From the NCBI GenBank assembly GCA_977862235.1, contig OZ374558.1:2728001-2792000 (forward strand): DNA of 64,000 bases, given 5' to 3'. The first letter of the stretch is position 1. Each line of letters opens with the position of its first letter. A program made the position numbers and the translations under genes. Positions 26,067-39,231 of the stretch are shown here, piece by piece. The notes under the pieces are model-generated. The model saw only the letters and a list, made by a program, of their open reading frames with translations. It did no database searches and was not told the origin of the DNA. This DNA comes from Dudresnaya verticillata (lineage: Eukaryota).

Positions 26067-28856
26067 ATGGAGTCACGCGAGCCGATCGCGAGCGCCGCCC
26101 CTACCGAGGGGGCACCGATTATCAAGCATACCTCGTCGACTGAGTCAGTCGTAGGGGGTGGACCTGCCGAGCACCGGCGGGCGGGGAGGCGCGGCATTCG
26201 ACGACCGCGCGAACTGCAGAGCGACCTTCGACGGTCGCTACAGCAGAGGCGCAACCTTCGACGGTTGCGCCAGAAGAAGCGCCCCCATCGACGGGTGCGC
26301 TAGGCAAGGCCGGGCGCGCTCCTGCGCCGGCTTCTTCTGCCAGGGCGGGTGGCGTCGACGCCAACCCCACCCCCACGCCCGCCGCTGACGTCTGGTCAGA
26401 GGCGATGGCCCTCGCTGCGGCGCAGGGCAAGAGAGTGAAGGAACCGAGTGGGGCGGCCTCTGCCGCCCCGCGCCCCGTAGCGGCGGCTCGAGTCTTTCAG
26501 CCGACTGGCCCGCCTCGAGCAGGGCCTACGGCTCACACGAGTACTCAACCCGCGTCGACGCGAGGAAGAGCACCTGCGGAGCAGCCGTCGCGCTCCGCGG
26601 TGCCAACGGTGGCAAGGGTGCTCGACCTGAGTCGGTCAAGGTCGCCCACGCCCTCCGGGTCGGGGCAAGTCCCCGCAGCGGCGGCACCCTTCGTGGCGCG
26701 CGATTCTGCTGGCGTGGGGCCGTGGACAGCCCCGACGCTATCTCCCGTGGCCTCTGCCAACGCAGAGGGGGAGGCCGTGGGCGTGGGTGAGTCCACCGCT
26801 GCGCCCATCGTGCCTCTTAGTGGAGTGTCGGTCTCAGTCGGACCGCCCCTCATGGGCCAGGCTCCCCTTGGACAGCACGCGCCCCCGACCGAGACGGTCT
26901 TCGACTGGGGGGCGCCACGCCACCAGATCCCGCTGGATCAGTGGCGCGGGCTGCAGGAGCCTCGGGCAGACGCCCGGCGGCTCCTGAGGGTGGCCCACGC
27001 TAGCGTGGACGAAGGGTCGGCAGCCTATGCCGCTTTCCTTCCGGCTGACGCCATAGTCTGGCTCACGCCGTTGGGGTTATCCTGCGACGTTTCTTACGTC
27101 GCCTCCCTTGAGGAGCTTCGGCGGGTGGACAGGGCAGCCGATGCCCTCTTCCTGACACCCGCCGATGAGTGGGCCCCGCCCCTACCCGCCACCATCCCAG
27201 AGATGCGCACGGTGCCCGTCGACGAGCCGTGGATCTCGCGCATCGTCTGGCCGATGCCGACTCTGCGGCCGCCTCTTTGGGGTGTGCTTCGGGGAGCGGT
27301 ACTGGGACGTGTGCAAGGCCCCGGGCGAAGGACGCCCGTCAAAGGGGTGCAAGTTGCACCCGGCGCTCGACGCGGCCTGGTCCCCATCGGCGGAGTGGTA
27401 CTCCCACCGTAACACGCCATCGGGATTCACTATCCCGTGGACGACCGTCGACCGGTACTTTCACTACGCGACGACTGGTCGCGTAGCTGCTCGACGTGAG
27501 CTCCTGGCTAGGCGCTCAGATGAATACGCCTTCGAGGTGGGCCGCCGTTACTGCAGCGAGCTCCTGGCGAAGGGGACAGGCTGGGTCTTCGACGACCGCC
27601 TGATCAATTTCCTCGCGGCCGGCTGAGCGAGCGAGAGGCATTGTTTCCCGGACTTGCTCCGTCCTTCGGATGGCAAGTCCTTTGCGTTCGGCGAGCTGCT
27701 CGGCGTAGTCCGCCGAGTTGCAGCTGCAACCGAGAAGCACATGCGGAGGCGTCACTTCTCTTCACGCGTCGACGCGTTCGTGTGTGGCTTCTTGCCAGAG
27801 ACAGGGGCTCTCTATAAGATCCAGCGAAACCTTGGCACGCGAGACCGCCGGGAGCGCGTCGAGCGCTCCGGGTTCGCCTCGATGGGCGACATGGCCCGCG
27901 CTGAGCGTGCCGGTCGTCTCCGTTGTGGCGTGGGTGCTAACCCCGGGTCAGCCGCGGCCGTCATGGCGGCGGAGACCGAATCGTACATCTCGCCGCCCCC
28001 GAGGGCGTCCGCGTGTCGAGCGCCAGCCGCCCCTGCGGCAGTCGGGGGACCGGCTACGGCGGGGCCGTCGACGGCCCGCGCCCCTCCGGCCGCTGCCGTT
28101 GAGGTGTACCAGCCCCCGCCGGCCCCGTCTGGGTCGCCGGCGGTAGCTTATGTCCCACCCGCTCCAGTGGTCGACCCACTGGACGAGGCAGTGAGTGCGG
28201 CAGTCTGGGCCGATCCGACTGTACGAAGCGCGGCCTCCTTGGCGCGCGTCGGGCAAGGCGTGTCGACACGCACGCTCCTGCAGGCCCTGGCATCGAGCGC
28301 AGTGGCGCTGCAGGAAGACGTCAACGCCTCCAATGCCGTCGCGGTTCGATACCGCGACGAGCGGGACGGCTTTTCCCGCGAGGTGCAGAGGCTCCGCGGG
28401 GAAGTCCAGCGCATGTCTTATGTGCCGGCGCGCAAGAGGCTGCGTGAGGAGTACCAGCCGCCCCCGACGGGGTATGCGTCGATGCAGCCTATGCAGTCGT
28501 ACGCTCCGGGCCCCTCTGGCCCGGTTGCCCCTTGGCAAGGCGCCGAGAAACTTATTTACCCAGGCGCTCAGGGCGGCGCAGGCGCGCCGCCCAGTGGTGC
28601 AGGCGTCATGCCGCAGCAAGCGGTTCCCCCGCAAGTGAGGGCCCCGGCGATGGGCCCTTACCGCCCTGGAGCTCCCATCGGTGGGGCCGCAGTGGCGTAC
28701 GGAGGCTCGGCGCCTCCGCTTCCCGCCGGGAGTCTTCCACCGGTGCCAGCGGCAACCACAACTGTGATTGAGGGCTACATGCCCGCGGCGCCTGGGGCAG
28801 CGGGCTCTGCGCCCGCTTTTCCCGGCGTGGGTCCTGCGGGCGAGGCCGCCCAGTAG
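26067..28856 (+). pseudogene. Antisense accessory ORF of Gypsy H, unknown function, frameshifted
   Basis: Pieces 26067-26303, 26405-27412, 27165-27626, 27654-28856; colinear motifs with 30450-33350. Confidence 0.8.
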
Positions 28857-29631
28857 TTAGCATCCTAGTTCGAGGTGGTCAATCGCCTCGCTAGTTTTAA
28901 GACCGCCTCTGCGGGTCTGGTTCATTAAAGGGCAAGGGGTGGGCGAAGACCTCGGTCTGCGTCGACGCGTTTTCAACAGCTGCGCCTTCAACCGCTCGGC
29001 TGCATGCGAGCTATTCTCGCTTTAGCAGGTGGCGGGGCTTCGATGCCCCTGGATGAGTGGGCAGAGGCCCGGGGGTGTCGAACCCCACTGGGCGTTCCCA
29101 ATTATTTTTTTGGCTACAGTAGACACTGTAGCCTGAACACAAATCTGCGCCTCTGCGCTTGTGGGGCGCACGCGTCCCAAATGTGGGTAAGCGCGCGCCT
29201 GTATTCGGTAGGGGCCGGTCGTCTGCCGCGATGCCCTCTGCCTTCCCATCGTCGAGGTGGTTGTGCCGCTTGCGAGTCGAAGCGCTGCGGTGCAACCCGA
29301 AGGACGCCGACCTTCTTGGCTCTGGCGTCCCACATCGACGTGGGGGCTGTGCGCGTTAGCACCCCGCCCGGCTAGGCGCCAGGGCGGTGGATGTTGGCCG
29401 ACGATTACGCGCGACTGCGGCGCGGCGTTGGTGAAGGGGGCGTCAACGCCTGACCTCCGCCATCTGCGTGCAGCTGCCACTTGACGTTGACGTCGGTGGC
29501 GCTTCGGCTTGGATGGATCAGGGACTTCTCTAGCCGGGTCGCGTCGAGATTCGACGCTCGTTTCGCGTGCGCATATGGCGAAGGCCCCCTGCCCGAGTCG
29601 ACTCGGCGTGCGCGTGCCCTCGTTTTCGCCT

Positions 29632-30131
29632 GGGAAACCGCCCGCTGGCGTAAGGCAAAGGGATCGAACCCGAAAAGGCTGGGGGCAAGCTTCAGCGCGA
29701 GCTGTTGCTTGCCCGGTTTACTGAGCCGTCGATGGCCGACGGTCTTAAATACCCTACACTATGTGCACTACGACTACTTCTACAGTAGGTGCGCCCCACA
29801 ACACAAACGCGGGAGGTGTGCGAGCGCGCGCCCATACACGTGTCGACACGTCCGGGTAACGGTTACCCGTGGGCGCGCGCGGGGCGTAACGGGCGGCGGC
29901 CCTCTCAACGGCTCGATGCCGGAGCGCGTCACAGGGGCGCGCCGTGTGCAGCACGGCGCGCGGCCGCTTCCGGCAGCAATGCGGTCGACCGCTACTACTT
30001 CAACGATAAAACTAAGGGCACGCTGCCCAACCACGATTCGCCAGCGGGCGTCATCGTGTGCACCATTACAGTGCGGCGATGCCAGCATACCTTACAGCCG
30101 CTGCTGATAGTGTGCTGACAGCTATACTACA
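29632..30131 (-). repeat. Gypsy B 3' LTR (U5 side missing)
   Basis: Matches 41998-42197 plus about 300 bp extra; minus-strand PPT GAGGGGGGGCCG at 30132-30143. Confidence 0.9.
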
Positions 30132-30449
30132 CGGCCCCCCCTCAAGCGTGAGCGCCCCGCTCACGGCCGTTGAGGTTTCCCGGGGCCACGGTGGCAATCC
30201 CGAGTGGCCGTTGACAGTGATTGGCACGCGCGCCCGTCGACGGTGTATGCGCGTGCCCGCCCATCTGCGCCGCTGCGCATATAAGGATCACTGCGGAGTC
30301 GGCGATGGGGAGGTTGCGGGTATCGCTCTCCACGACCCCCCCTTCGCCCACACGCTTCAGCACACCAGTGACCGCTGTCGTGTGTGTGTGCCGTGCTACG
30401 CTTTCTCCGCCCCCTTCGCTCGACGCGATTGCCCACGTCGACGTGTGGT

Positions 30450-33350
30450 ATGGCCAAGACGCGCTCGTCTGCCACCCGGGGCACCCCTGACGAAGGGGTG
30501 CCCGCAACCACCCCGCCGCCGGCCGCTGGTGCTCCATCGACGGCTGCACCGGCGGAACCGGTGGCAGATGCCCAGCAACCCCAGGCGCAGGATGCGCTTG
30601 GGGAAAGCGCCACTGCGCTGCCACACCCACCGCCCGCTGCGGTGGCTGCTTCGGTGCCTAGTGGCCTCGCTGCTGCTTCGCCGCCTGGGGTCGGCGCCGC
30701 TGCGCATATCGGTCCACCAGCTGCCGACCAAACTGGAGCGGGCGCCGCTGCGCCCGCCAAGACATCGGAGATGCGTCCCGCCGCTGCGGTTGACACGTCT
30801 CCCGCCGAAGTGCCCCCGGAGCCAGCAGCCGCTGCGCTGGCCCGGGGCAAGGCGACCCGACCTCTGCCGAGCTACGAGGAGGTCGAGGTGGCCACCCAAG
30901 ACAAGCCGCTGCGAGGATTGGGAGGCCTGGACCGGAGTGGGGCAGCCGCTCCCGCTCCATGCCCAGAGGAGGCGGCTTCGGTCGCTGTGCCCTTCACTGC
31001 TCCGCGCGTCGATACGCCACCCGTGGCCCGTGCCCTTGATCTGACGGGGTCGTCGACGGCCTCCGCGTCAAGGGGGAGCAGGATGCCGCCCGCTGCGGCT
31101 CCATTTGTGCCCCGCCAGGGCCTTAGCGCATCGGCGCAAGGCGACCCCGGAGCAGGGGGCGTCGACCGCCCCTGGCACAAGCATGGCCGCTGCCATCGAG
31201 TCGTCATCGGCCGCTGATCCTCCCCCTCTGCCGGTGATCACCATGCGAGGGGTGTCTCTGACGATTGGGCCCCAGCGACTCGGTGTCGCGGTGCCCAATG
31301 CAGACGCATTGCCTCCCACTGTCTTCGCGTGGGAGGCACCGCGCCACCAGATCCCGTTGGACCAGTGGCGTCAGTTGCCCGTGCAAAGGATTGACGTCCA
31401 ACGTCTCTTGCGCGTGGCAGATGCGAGAGATGATGCGGGGCCGTTGCCTACAACGCCTTCATGCCCACATCGCCGGTATGGCTCGTACCGAACGGCCTAC
31501 CGTGTGACGTCTCGTTCGTCACCACGATCAAGCAGCTGCTGATCGTGGATAAGGGCGCCGAAGCCCTTTTCGTGAAACCCGTCGATGGTTTCCACAAAAC
31601 CCTCGCGGCCTCGTTGGCCTGGTTGAGGGACGTCCCCATCGAGGAGACGCCGGAGGAGGCGCGAGGTCTGGCCGATGCCGACTGCGCGCGCCGCCTCCTA
31701 GGGCTGTGTATGGGGGAACGGGACTGGGCAGCCTGCCCCGCCCCTGGTGATGGGCTCATCACCACGGGTGCCCGCTTGCACCCGGCGCTCGACGCGTCGT
31801 GGTTTCCTTCCGCGGAGTGGTATTCGCACCGGGACGTGCCGGCTGGCATAATCGTCCCGTAGCCCAGCATCGAGCGGTATTTCCACTATGCCACGGCGGG
31901 GAATGAGGCAGTTCGTGGAGAGCTCCTCGCTAGGCGCTCCGACGAGTATGCCTTTGAGGTGGGGCGTCGCTATGCCTCCGACATCCTATCGAAGGAAATT
32001 TGCTGGGTCCTCGACGACCGCATTTTGGTGTACCTCGATGTACTATGGCGCAGCGGGCGCCCGGGCTTCCCACGCCTCCGAGGCGCGGCAGGCCCGGACA
32101 ACACATCGGTGACGTTCGAGTTCAAGCAGCTGCTGAACACGACGCGCTTCGTGGCCGCTGCCAGAGAGAAGCACACCCGTCGCCGCCACTTTGCAACACG
32201 CGTCGATGTGTTCATTTGCGGGGTCAACCCGGTGGCGGGGACCTTTCACAAGATCCATCGCGCACGCGCGCCGCGGAAGGATCGTGGCTACGCCTCGATG
32301 GCGGACATGGCCCGCGTCGAGCGGGCCGCTAGGCCGCGCGCCCGTAGGGGCATAGGTGGGACATCCAAGTCGGCCGCTGCCGTTATGGCCTCGGAGGCCG
32401 AGCCCTACTTACCACCGGTGCCACGTGCCGCGGCACCGGCACCTCGAGCTGTGGCACCATCTCCCCCGGCCGCTGCCATGGGTGGAGGTCAGGAGAAGCA
32501 GGCAGCAGTCGATCCGCTGCCCACTGCCTATACGCCGTCGAGGCAGGCGGTGAGGTATGGCCCACCGCCATCGATGGCGGTGGCCACTTATGTGCCGCCG
32601 CCCACAACCGATGCGCTCGATGCGCCGGTGGCGGCGAGCCTCTGGAGCGACCAAAATGTACGCCGCGCCGCGGCGCTGGTACAGTTGGGTGAGGACGCGC
32701 CGCTGCGCACTCTTGTTGCCGCCTTTGCGGCCCATCTAGCGGGGAAGCATGACGATCTTGCCGCTGCGAACGCCATTGCCCTTCTCTACCGCACCGAGCG
32801 GGACAGGTTTGTGCACGATGCGCAACGACTGCAGGAAGACCTGAGGCGCGCTGCCCGCTCATCCCCAGTCGTCGGGTCCCTCGGCAAGCGGCCACGAGAG
32901 GAGTACCAGCCGCCCCCGATGCTGGCGCCGACGCAGCAGCTGATGCCATCATATGCGCCAGCGCAGGCTGCGCAGCAACCGATGCTGCCTTATGCAGTCG
33001 GGCCCGCTGGCCATATGCTCCCATGGGGCCCTTCCGGCTACACCCCGTCGATGGTGGTGCAGGGCAGTGGAGTCCCACAACAGCCGGGCGCCGCTGCGCC
33101 CGTCCCCCCGGGCTATGTACCGCAGGGGTATGGTCCCCCAGTGGGGCAAGTGAGCCCTGCTGGGTTAGCGACCGCTGCCGCTGGCGCCGCTGCGATGTAC
33201 CACGCGTCGGGTACCGCGGCGGACGCTGCTGCGCCAACTCAGCCGCGCGCTGCGGCCGAGGCGACCGGCTATGACCCCTCCGCCCCTGGCTTTGCGTCGT
33301 CGATGAATGCTCAGCCGGAAGCGGGGGCCGGGGGCAACGCCGCCCAATAG
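30450..33350 (+). pseudogene. Antisense accessory ORF of Gypsy B, unknown function, frameshifted
   Basis: Pieces 30384-31217, 31105-31542, 31461-31862, 31959-33350; TATAAG at about 30280 upstream. Confidence 0.8.
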
Positions 33351-34675
33351 TGCGATCGACGCAAAGAGTTCGCGGGCGCCGTGTAACCGAGCGATTAGAG
33401 CGCCGCTGCGCCTTTTAGTTCAGTTACGCCTCCGCGTCGACAGACATGTTAAAAGGGAAAGGGGTGGGATATGGCTTCGGACCGCGTCGATGCGAACTTA
33501 TTTGTGGCCAGAGCGTTCGCCGGCGCAGCAGCTCACCACGTCGGGCCGCTGCCCAAGGTGAGTGCTGCGCGCACGAACATCGAGCCCGCGTGCGTCGCTA
33601 CTGCGCTACGACAGCGGTCATCTCGGCGCGGGGCTTCCGTAAGCCGCTGCTCAGGTGCAATAGGCAAGCGTGCCGACCCCATGTGGCGCCCCGGCGCCGC
33701 TGCGCGGCATGCCGCCTTGGCATGGGGGACACCACAGTGGTTGCCCTTGCGCGCCCGTCGCGGGCGCCTGGTGCCACTGCGGCTAGCTTTTGCGAGGCCG
33801 CTGCCTCGTACCCACTTGCCGGCGGCGCGCCGCTTCTGGCTACTCGATCGGCCGCTGCTGTTGCTCCCGCCGGGAGGCGGTTTGCGCCCAAATTATAGCC
33901 AATCGTTGGCTGGGGATTTTTCGCAACCCCTTGCTTTTGCTGTTGCCTTACGGCCCGCTGGCCTGGTTGGGTGTTTCCCGACCCCCGGCTACAATACGTA
34001 CTGTAGCCGGAACACTTTTCGCGCTCGATGCGCTGCGTGCGCCCCGCGCCGAGGCGGACGCCAAAAGTGACGCTCGCTTTTGGGGTGCCGTTGCTCGTCG
34101 AGTGCAACGGCACTCCGGTACATCCGAGTGAGATGGAGATCGGGCCGCTGCCCTTTGTCCCACACCGCTTCGCTTCGACAGCGACGGCCTTGGGCGCGTC
34201 GACGCGCCCACTCCGCACTCACGCTGGTGTGACCCCTCCTCGCTCAGCAGCCGCTGCGGCTGGCGCGCTGGCTTGCACTGGCGTGAGCGAAGGTAGCGCC
34301 GCATGGGCGGCGCTAGTTAGCGGCTTCGGTAGCCGCTGGTCAGCGCCCCTTACCTTGCGTGCGTGAGGCGTCGACGTCTTTCACGCGCGAAGGCGAGGTA
34401 GCGGCTGCGTCTCCTCGCCGCTTGCGAGTGCGTGCGACCAGCCCGGGGCCGCTGCCCCAGGCTTGGTTAGCTGGCAGCCGCCCTGCGCGCATCGATGCGC
34501 CGGAATCAGCGTTCTGCTGCCCCCTCTTGCGCTGCTGCCGCTGCTGCTGGCACAAGAGTGACCTGTCTGGGCTCGGTGCCCAGTGCAGGGTAGGGTGAGG
34601 CATCGATTGCCTTCGCAAAAAGGCAACGAATGCCTGCGGCCCCCTCCTCAAGCGCGAGGCGCCCCCGCCGAGGGG

Positions 34676-37600
34676 TTATGAGGAGGAGCTAACGGCTTCG
34701 AGCCGGTTGGTGTTTCGCCGCCGCTGCGATGCGAAGTAGTGGCTCACCATCTCCTCGGGGAGATGGGAACGTGGCTCCCACGTGTGCTTGCGATAGCCGG
34801 TCCACTTCACCTTGAACACGAGCGTGCCATCGTCGGCAGTGCCGTGGTCAAGGACCTTATCCACCACGAATCGCGGGCCGTCGACGGCTTTGGACGCGAG
34901 TTTTTTCAGTGTTGGGTAAGTATGCGCTGCGCTGCGCAGTATCCTCCCGCAGCGGCGGGGGACAGTAGACGGCGCGGTCCGCTGCGATGCGTTTGACCAA
35001 GCCGCCTCTGTCGATAAACAGCGTGCGCTTTTCGTTAAGCAGCACGCGGTAGGGCCCTATCTCTGGGCTCTGGAGCTTCTTGGGTTTCTTAACCCCGTCG
35101 CTCGCGTCGATGAAGACGTAGTCTCCCGCTCGAATACGGGAGTTGACTTTTCTGACACGCTTGTCGAAGTCTTTCTTGTAACGCCGCTGAGTTTTGTCGA
35201 GAGCGCTCGATGCGCTTGCGAAGGCGGCATCGAGCCGCTTGAAGAAGTCCGCGCGCACGTCGTCACTAGGTTTCGGTCTGGCCGCTGCCTTATGAAACTG
35301 AGTGAACTCCGGCGGCGGCCGATACAGCACGAGGCTGAAGGGTGTCGTCCGCGTCGTGCGATGGACATGGTAGTTGTAGGAATACGTCAACGCCGTTGCG
35401 TATCGATCCCAGTCGTCCTGGTGATCTTTGATGTAATTCCGCAACATGGCCATGACGGTCCGGTTGTAGCGCTCAACCTGACCGTTCGCCTGCGGGTGGT
35501 AGGCGGACGTGAACACCTTGTTCAGTCCGAGGTAGCGACACACTGCCTGAAAGAACTTAGAGGTGAATTGCTTCCCGTTGTCGGACAACAGAGACCTCGG
35601 TGGTCCATAGTGGAAGATCCACCTCTCACAGAACGCCACTGCGACGTGGTACGCTGTGATGGCGCGCAGCGGCACTACTTGAGTCAGCTTCGTGAATCGA
35701 TCCGTCATGACGAGCAGGAATCGCTTTCCTGACTTCGTCTTGGGCAGCGGCCCTAGGATATCGATCGCTAGCGACTCGAGCGGCCTCGTGGCCGGGAACA
35801 ACTTCAACCGATGAAGGGACCTCCGCAAGCGTATGCGGTTCCTGGCACAGCGCCGACAGTTCCGAACTGTCATGGCTATGTCCGCTGACATTTGTGGCCA
35901 GTAGTAGCTCTCGCGGAGCGTGTAGAACATCCTGTTCTGGCCAGGGTGGCCAGCCAGAAGGGAGTGGTGCGCGAGCGTGAGAAGCCGCGGCTGTAGCGCT
36001 TCGGGCACCACTTTTTGCTCGAACGAGGAGATGACGGGGTGACGCCGGCACAAGAGCCCGTCCTCGTCCTCGAAGAAGTGGCTATCCCGTCGACGGGACT
36101 GCCGTACCAACACTGTTTGGCAAAAAGAGTCGCGCCGCTGCGCATCCACCAATTCCTCGACGGTTATTGGTGAAGGGAGCTTCACCGGTTCGACCCGGGT
36201 GAGGTCCGTCGGCTCTTGATTCGCGTCGATTCTGCCAGGTCGAAGAGGTCGACGTCGTCGCAGTCGTCCCAGGCTTCGTCGTCGGCAAGCCCCGGTGGCT
36301 CGTCGCTGTCCGAGGGATCCTTGTCTTCGCTGCCAGTGCCGCCCACTGCAGCCGGTCGATCCGGCGCCTTCCGCGTCGACGCGTTGGCTTGGGACCGCGT
36401 GGTCAGCAAGACCGACGGTGCCTTGGGTTCGGTACTCGAGGCACCCTCCTTCTGGCGGTCGACCGCCGGGGGGTCATAGGTAGTGACGTCGTCGTCAACC
36501 TCCTCTTGCTGCCGTCGAGGCCTCACCAGGCGGGACAGCGCGTCCGGCACCTGGTGGACCCTACCCGGGCGGTACTCAATCTGGAAGTCGAATTCCGCGA
36601 GTCGTAACCACCAGCGGGTGAGGCGACCGGACGAATCGGTCAAAGACATGAGCCAGCGCAAGGCGTCATGGTCGGTTCGTACCGTGAACCGGGTCCCTTC
36701 GATATAGGGACGCAGGGTTGTGATCGACCACACCACTGCAAAGCACTCGCGCTCCGTGGCTGAGTAGTTTCGCTCCGCTGAGCTTAGTGAGTAAGACCAG
36801 TACCCAACGGGGTGTAACTGGCCGTCCTCTGCTCCTGGAGCAGGGCGCATCCGAGCTGGTACGCCGATGCGTCCGTGTCGAGGACGTACGGCTTGCCCTC
36901 GCGAGGGAGCCGTAGGATAGGAGGCGATAAGAGTGTCGCTGGCAGCATCTCAAATGCCTCTAGCGCCGCTGCGCTTGGATTATCGAAATCCACATCCGCA
37001 TCCTTGCGGGTCATATCCGTCAGCGGACGAGCGATCTTCGCGAAGTTCCTGACGAAGCGGCGGTAAACGTTACACGCCCCGAGGAACGACCTCACCTTCG
37101 TTAGGGAGGTCGGGAACTGCGCATGGCGGAACGCGTCGATGCTTGTCTTCGCCGTGCGTAGTTTCCCCGGCTCGATCACGTGACCGAGGTAGTCCACGCG
37201 GGACTGGAAGAAGTGGCACTTCTTCAGCTTCAGGGACACGCCGCCCTTGCGAAGCAGAGTCAGCACGCGGTCTAGGTGACCGACGTGCTCCGCGATCGAC
37301 CGCGAGAATATGATCACATCATCGAGATAGATCAAACAACACTGCCATCTAACTCCGCTGAGTATGATGTCCAGTGCACGCTGGAAAGTCGCGGGGGCGT
37401 TCTTCAGTCCGAAGGGCATCCGCAGGTAGCGGAACGTCCCTAGGAACGTCGTGAACGTGGTCTTATCCCTGTCAGCCGCTGCGACAGGGATTTCCCAGTA
37501 CCCCGCGTTACAATCCAGCGTGGAGAAAATGGCAGCGTCGCCAAGACTGTCGATACAGTCATCCATGCGTGGGAGTGGGTACGCATCGCTCAGGGTTTTG

Positions 37601-39231
37601 GTGTTAAGACGTCGATAGTCCACACAAAACCTGAGCGTGCCATCCTTCTTGGGCGCCAGAACGACTGGCGATGCCCACTCCGACGTGGCGGGTTCGATTA
37701 CCCCTGCACGCAGCATGGTCTCGACCTCGTTCTGTACGAGCTTCCGCATAGCGGGGCCCTGTCGATAGGGCATTGAGCGAATCGGCCGCGTTCCGGGTTC
37801 TACGTCGATGTGGTGTTGCGTACCGGCAATCGTGCCGAGCCTCCCGTCCCACATGGACTGATGCTTCCGAAGCAGGGTGAGGACTTCTTCGTGGGTGACC
37901 TTGTCTTCGATAGACGAAAGGTCCACCTGCGACTCCCAGTCCTCGACGGACTCTCTTTTCTCCGCCGCTGCGGTCGCTGCTCCTTGGAGCTTTGTGGGCT
38001 CGGGGCCCCTTGCCATCGACGGCGTGACTGGGGGGTCGTTGCTCCCCTTACCCCTGGGCCGCTGCCTTTTGTCGGGAAGGGTGGTGATATTCATCACCCT
38101 CCCGAATTCTTCCGCGACGTCGCGGTCCGGGGTTATTAGGGCGACTGGGTTGCGGACCGCATAGCCAACCACGGTACCCTTCGGTAGGGTCCGGGCTTTG
38201 TCCGTCCAGTTGCCCAAGATAACCCCGAAGCGTCGCCCCGACTCGATGTCGTGCACCCCGTTGGTCAGTCTCACACCGTGGCGGAACTGCAACGAGGGCT
38301 TGGGCTCCGTGTGGATTAATCCACTAGCCCCCGACGTCACCGAGACGAGCCTCTGCGAGTAGGTTGGGACAACCACCTGCCTAGCGAGGCGTATGGTGTG
38401 GGTATCGTGATCCCAGTCGAGAAGCTCCCGCTGGTGCTTCTTCGACAAACCCTTCGATGGGTTCTTCGGCTGCGTTGCCGGACCGGTCCCCTCGCTAGAG
38501 GTCCTGCGGCTGAGGATGGGCACCGAGCCTCCTTTCCTCAACGTCAGCCTTCTCGACTCGACGTCGATTCCGCGCACGTGCGCGTTGATAAACTGCGTGC
38601 CTATCAGTACGTCGACCGCGAGCGTGTCGGCGATGATGAAAGGCACGCGGAACGTCGTGTTCCCTAACCTTATCGAGAGGTGGACGACGCCGGACAGCCT
38701 CAGCGGAGTCTTGTCGGCGCCTGCCAGGCGTGGCGCGGAGTCGATCTCTGACGCGTTTTCCTCCCAGCCTGCGGGCAGGGCACCTCGAGCGATGAGGTTG
38801 TACCCGGAGCCGGTGTGCACCGCGTTGGTGTGGGGTATCATAACCCGCGGGTCCGCACCGAGGGACCCGGATATTCGGTAAATCTCGGAGGACAGGAGGC
38901 ACACGTGCCCATCGGGGGTAGTGGCCGGCTCTGCGTCGATGCATGGAACCTCGGTACCCTCGCGTCGAGCGTCGGATACCGCCTGTCCCGCCGTTGGGGA
39001 GCTGCGCCCTTTTCGCCTGGCCTGTCGCTTGCGTCGACGCCGCGGCGGCCAGGGTGGTTTGGTACGCGTCGTCCACGCCGTCCCGTCGACCGGGACGTCG
39101 CTCGTGTCCTTCGAAGCGCCGCTGCGCTCGACGTGGGGGCTCGCTGCACCCAACGCCGTCGAAGGTGAAAGGGAAGGTGGGTCTGGTGTTGGACAAGACG
39201 GTGCGCGCGACCGAACGAGCGGCGCCGCCTT
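34676..39231 (-). pseudogene. pol: Gypsy B pol (PR, RT, RNase H, INT, chromodomain)
   Basis: VHTGSGYN (D>H at the protease site); FCVDYRRLN, YLDD; LDTDAS, ERECFAVVW; DILGPL, QANGQVERYN; FKVKWTGY...TWEP. Confidence 0.95.

Larger units (their letters stand above)
24902..29631 (-). mobile_element. Truncated Gypsy H (B-related): 3' LTR, PPT, antisense ORF, 3' spacer; gag and pol absent
   Basis: LTR similar to B LTR; PPT GAGGGGGGGTTG (minus) at 25738-25749; ORF paralogous to 30450-33350. Confidence 0.85.

Noticed and set aside
26067..33350. Antisense ORFs as env genes
   Set aside because: Wrong orientation, and no signal peptide or transmembrane segment visible.
33400..34650. Many overlapping 100-200 aa ORFs
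   Set aside because: Expected from high GC (few stops) in the B 3' spacer; no protein-level match to the H spacer seen.
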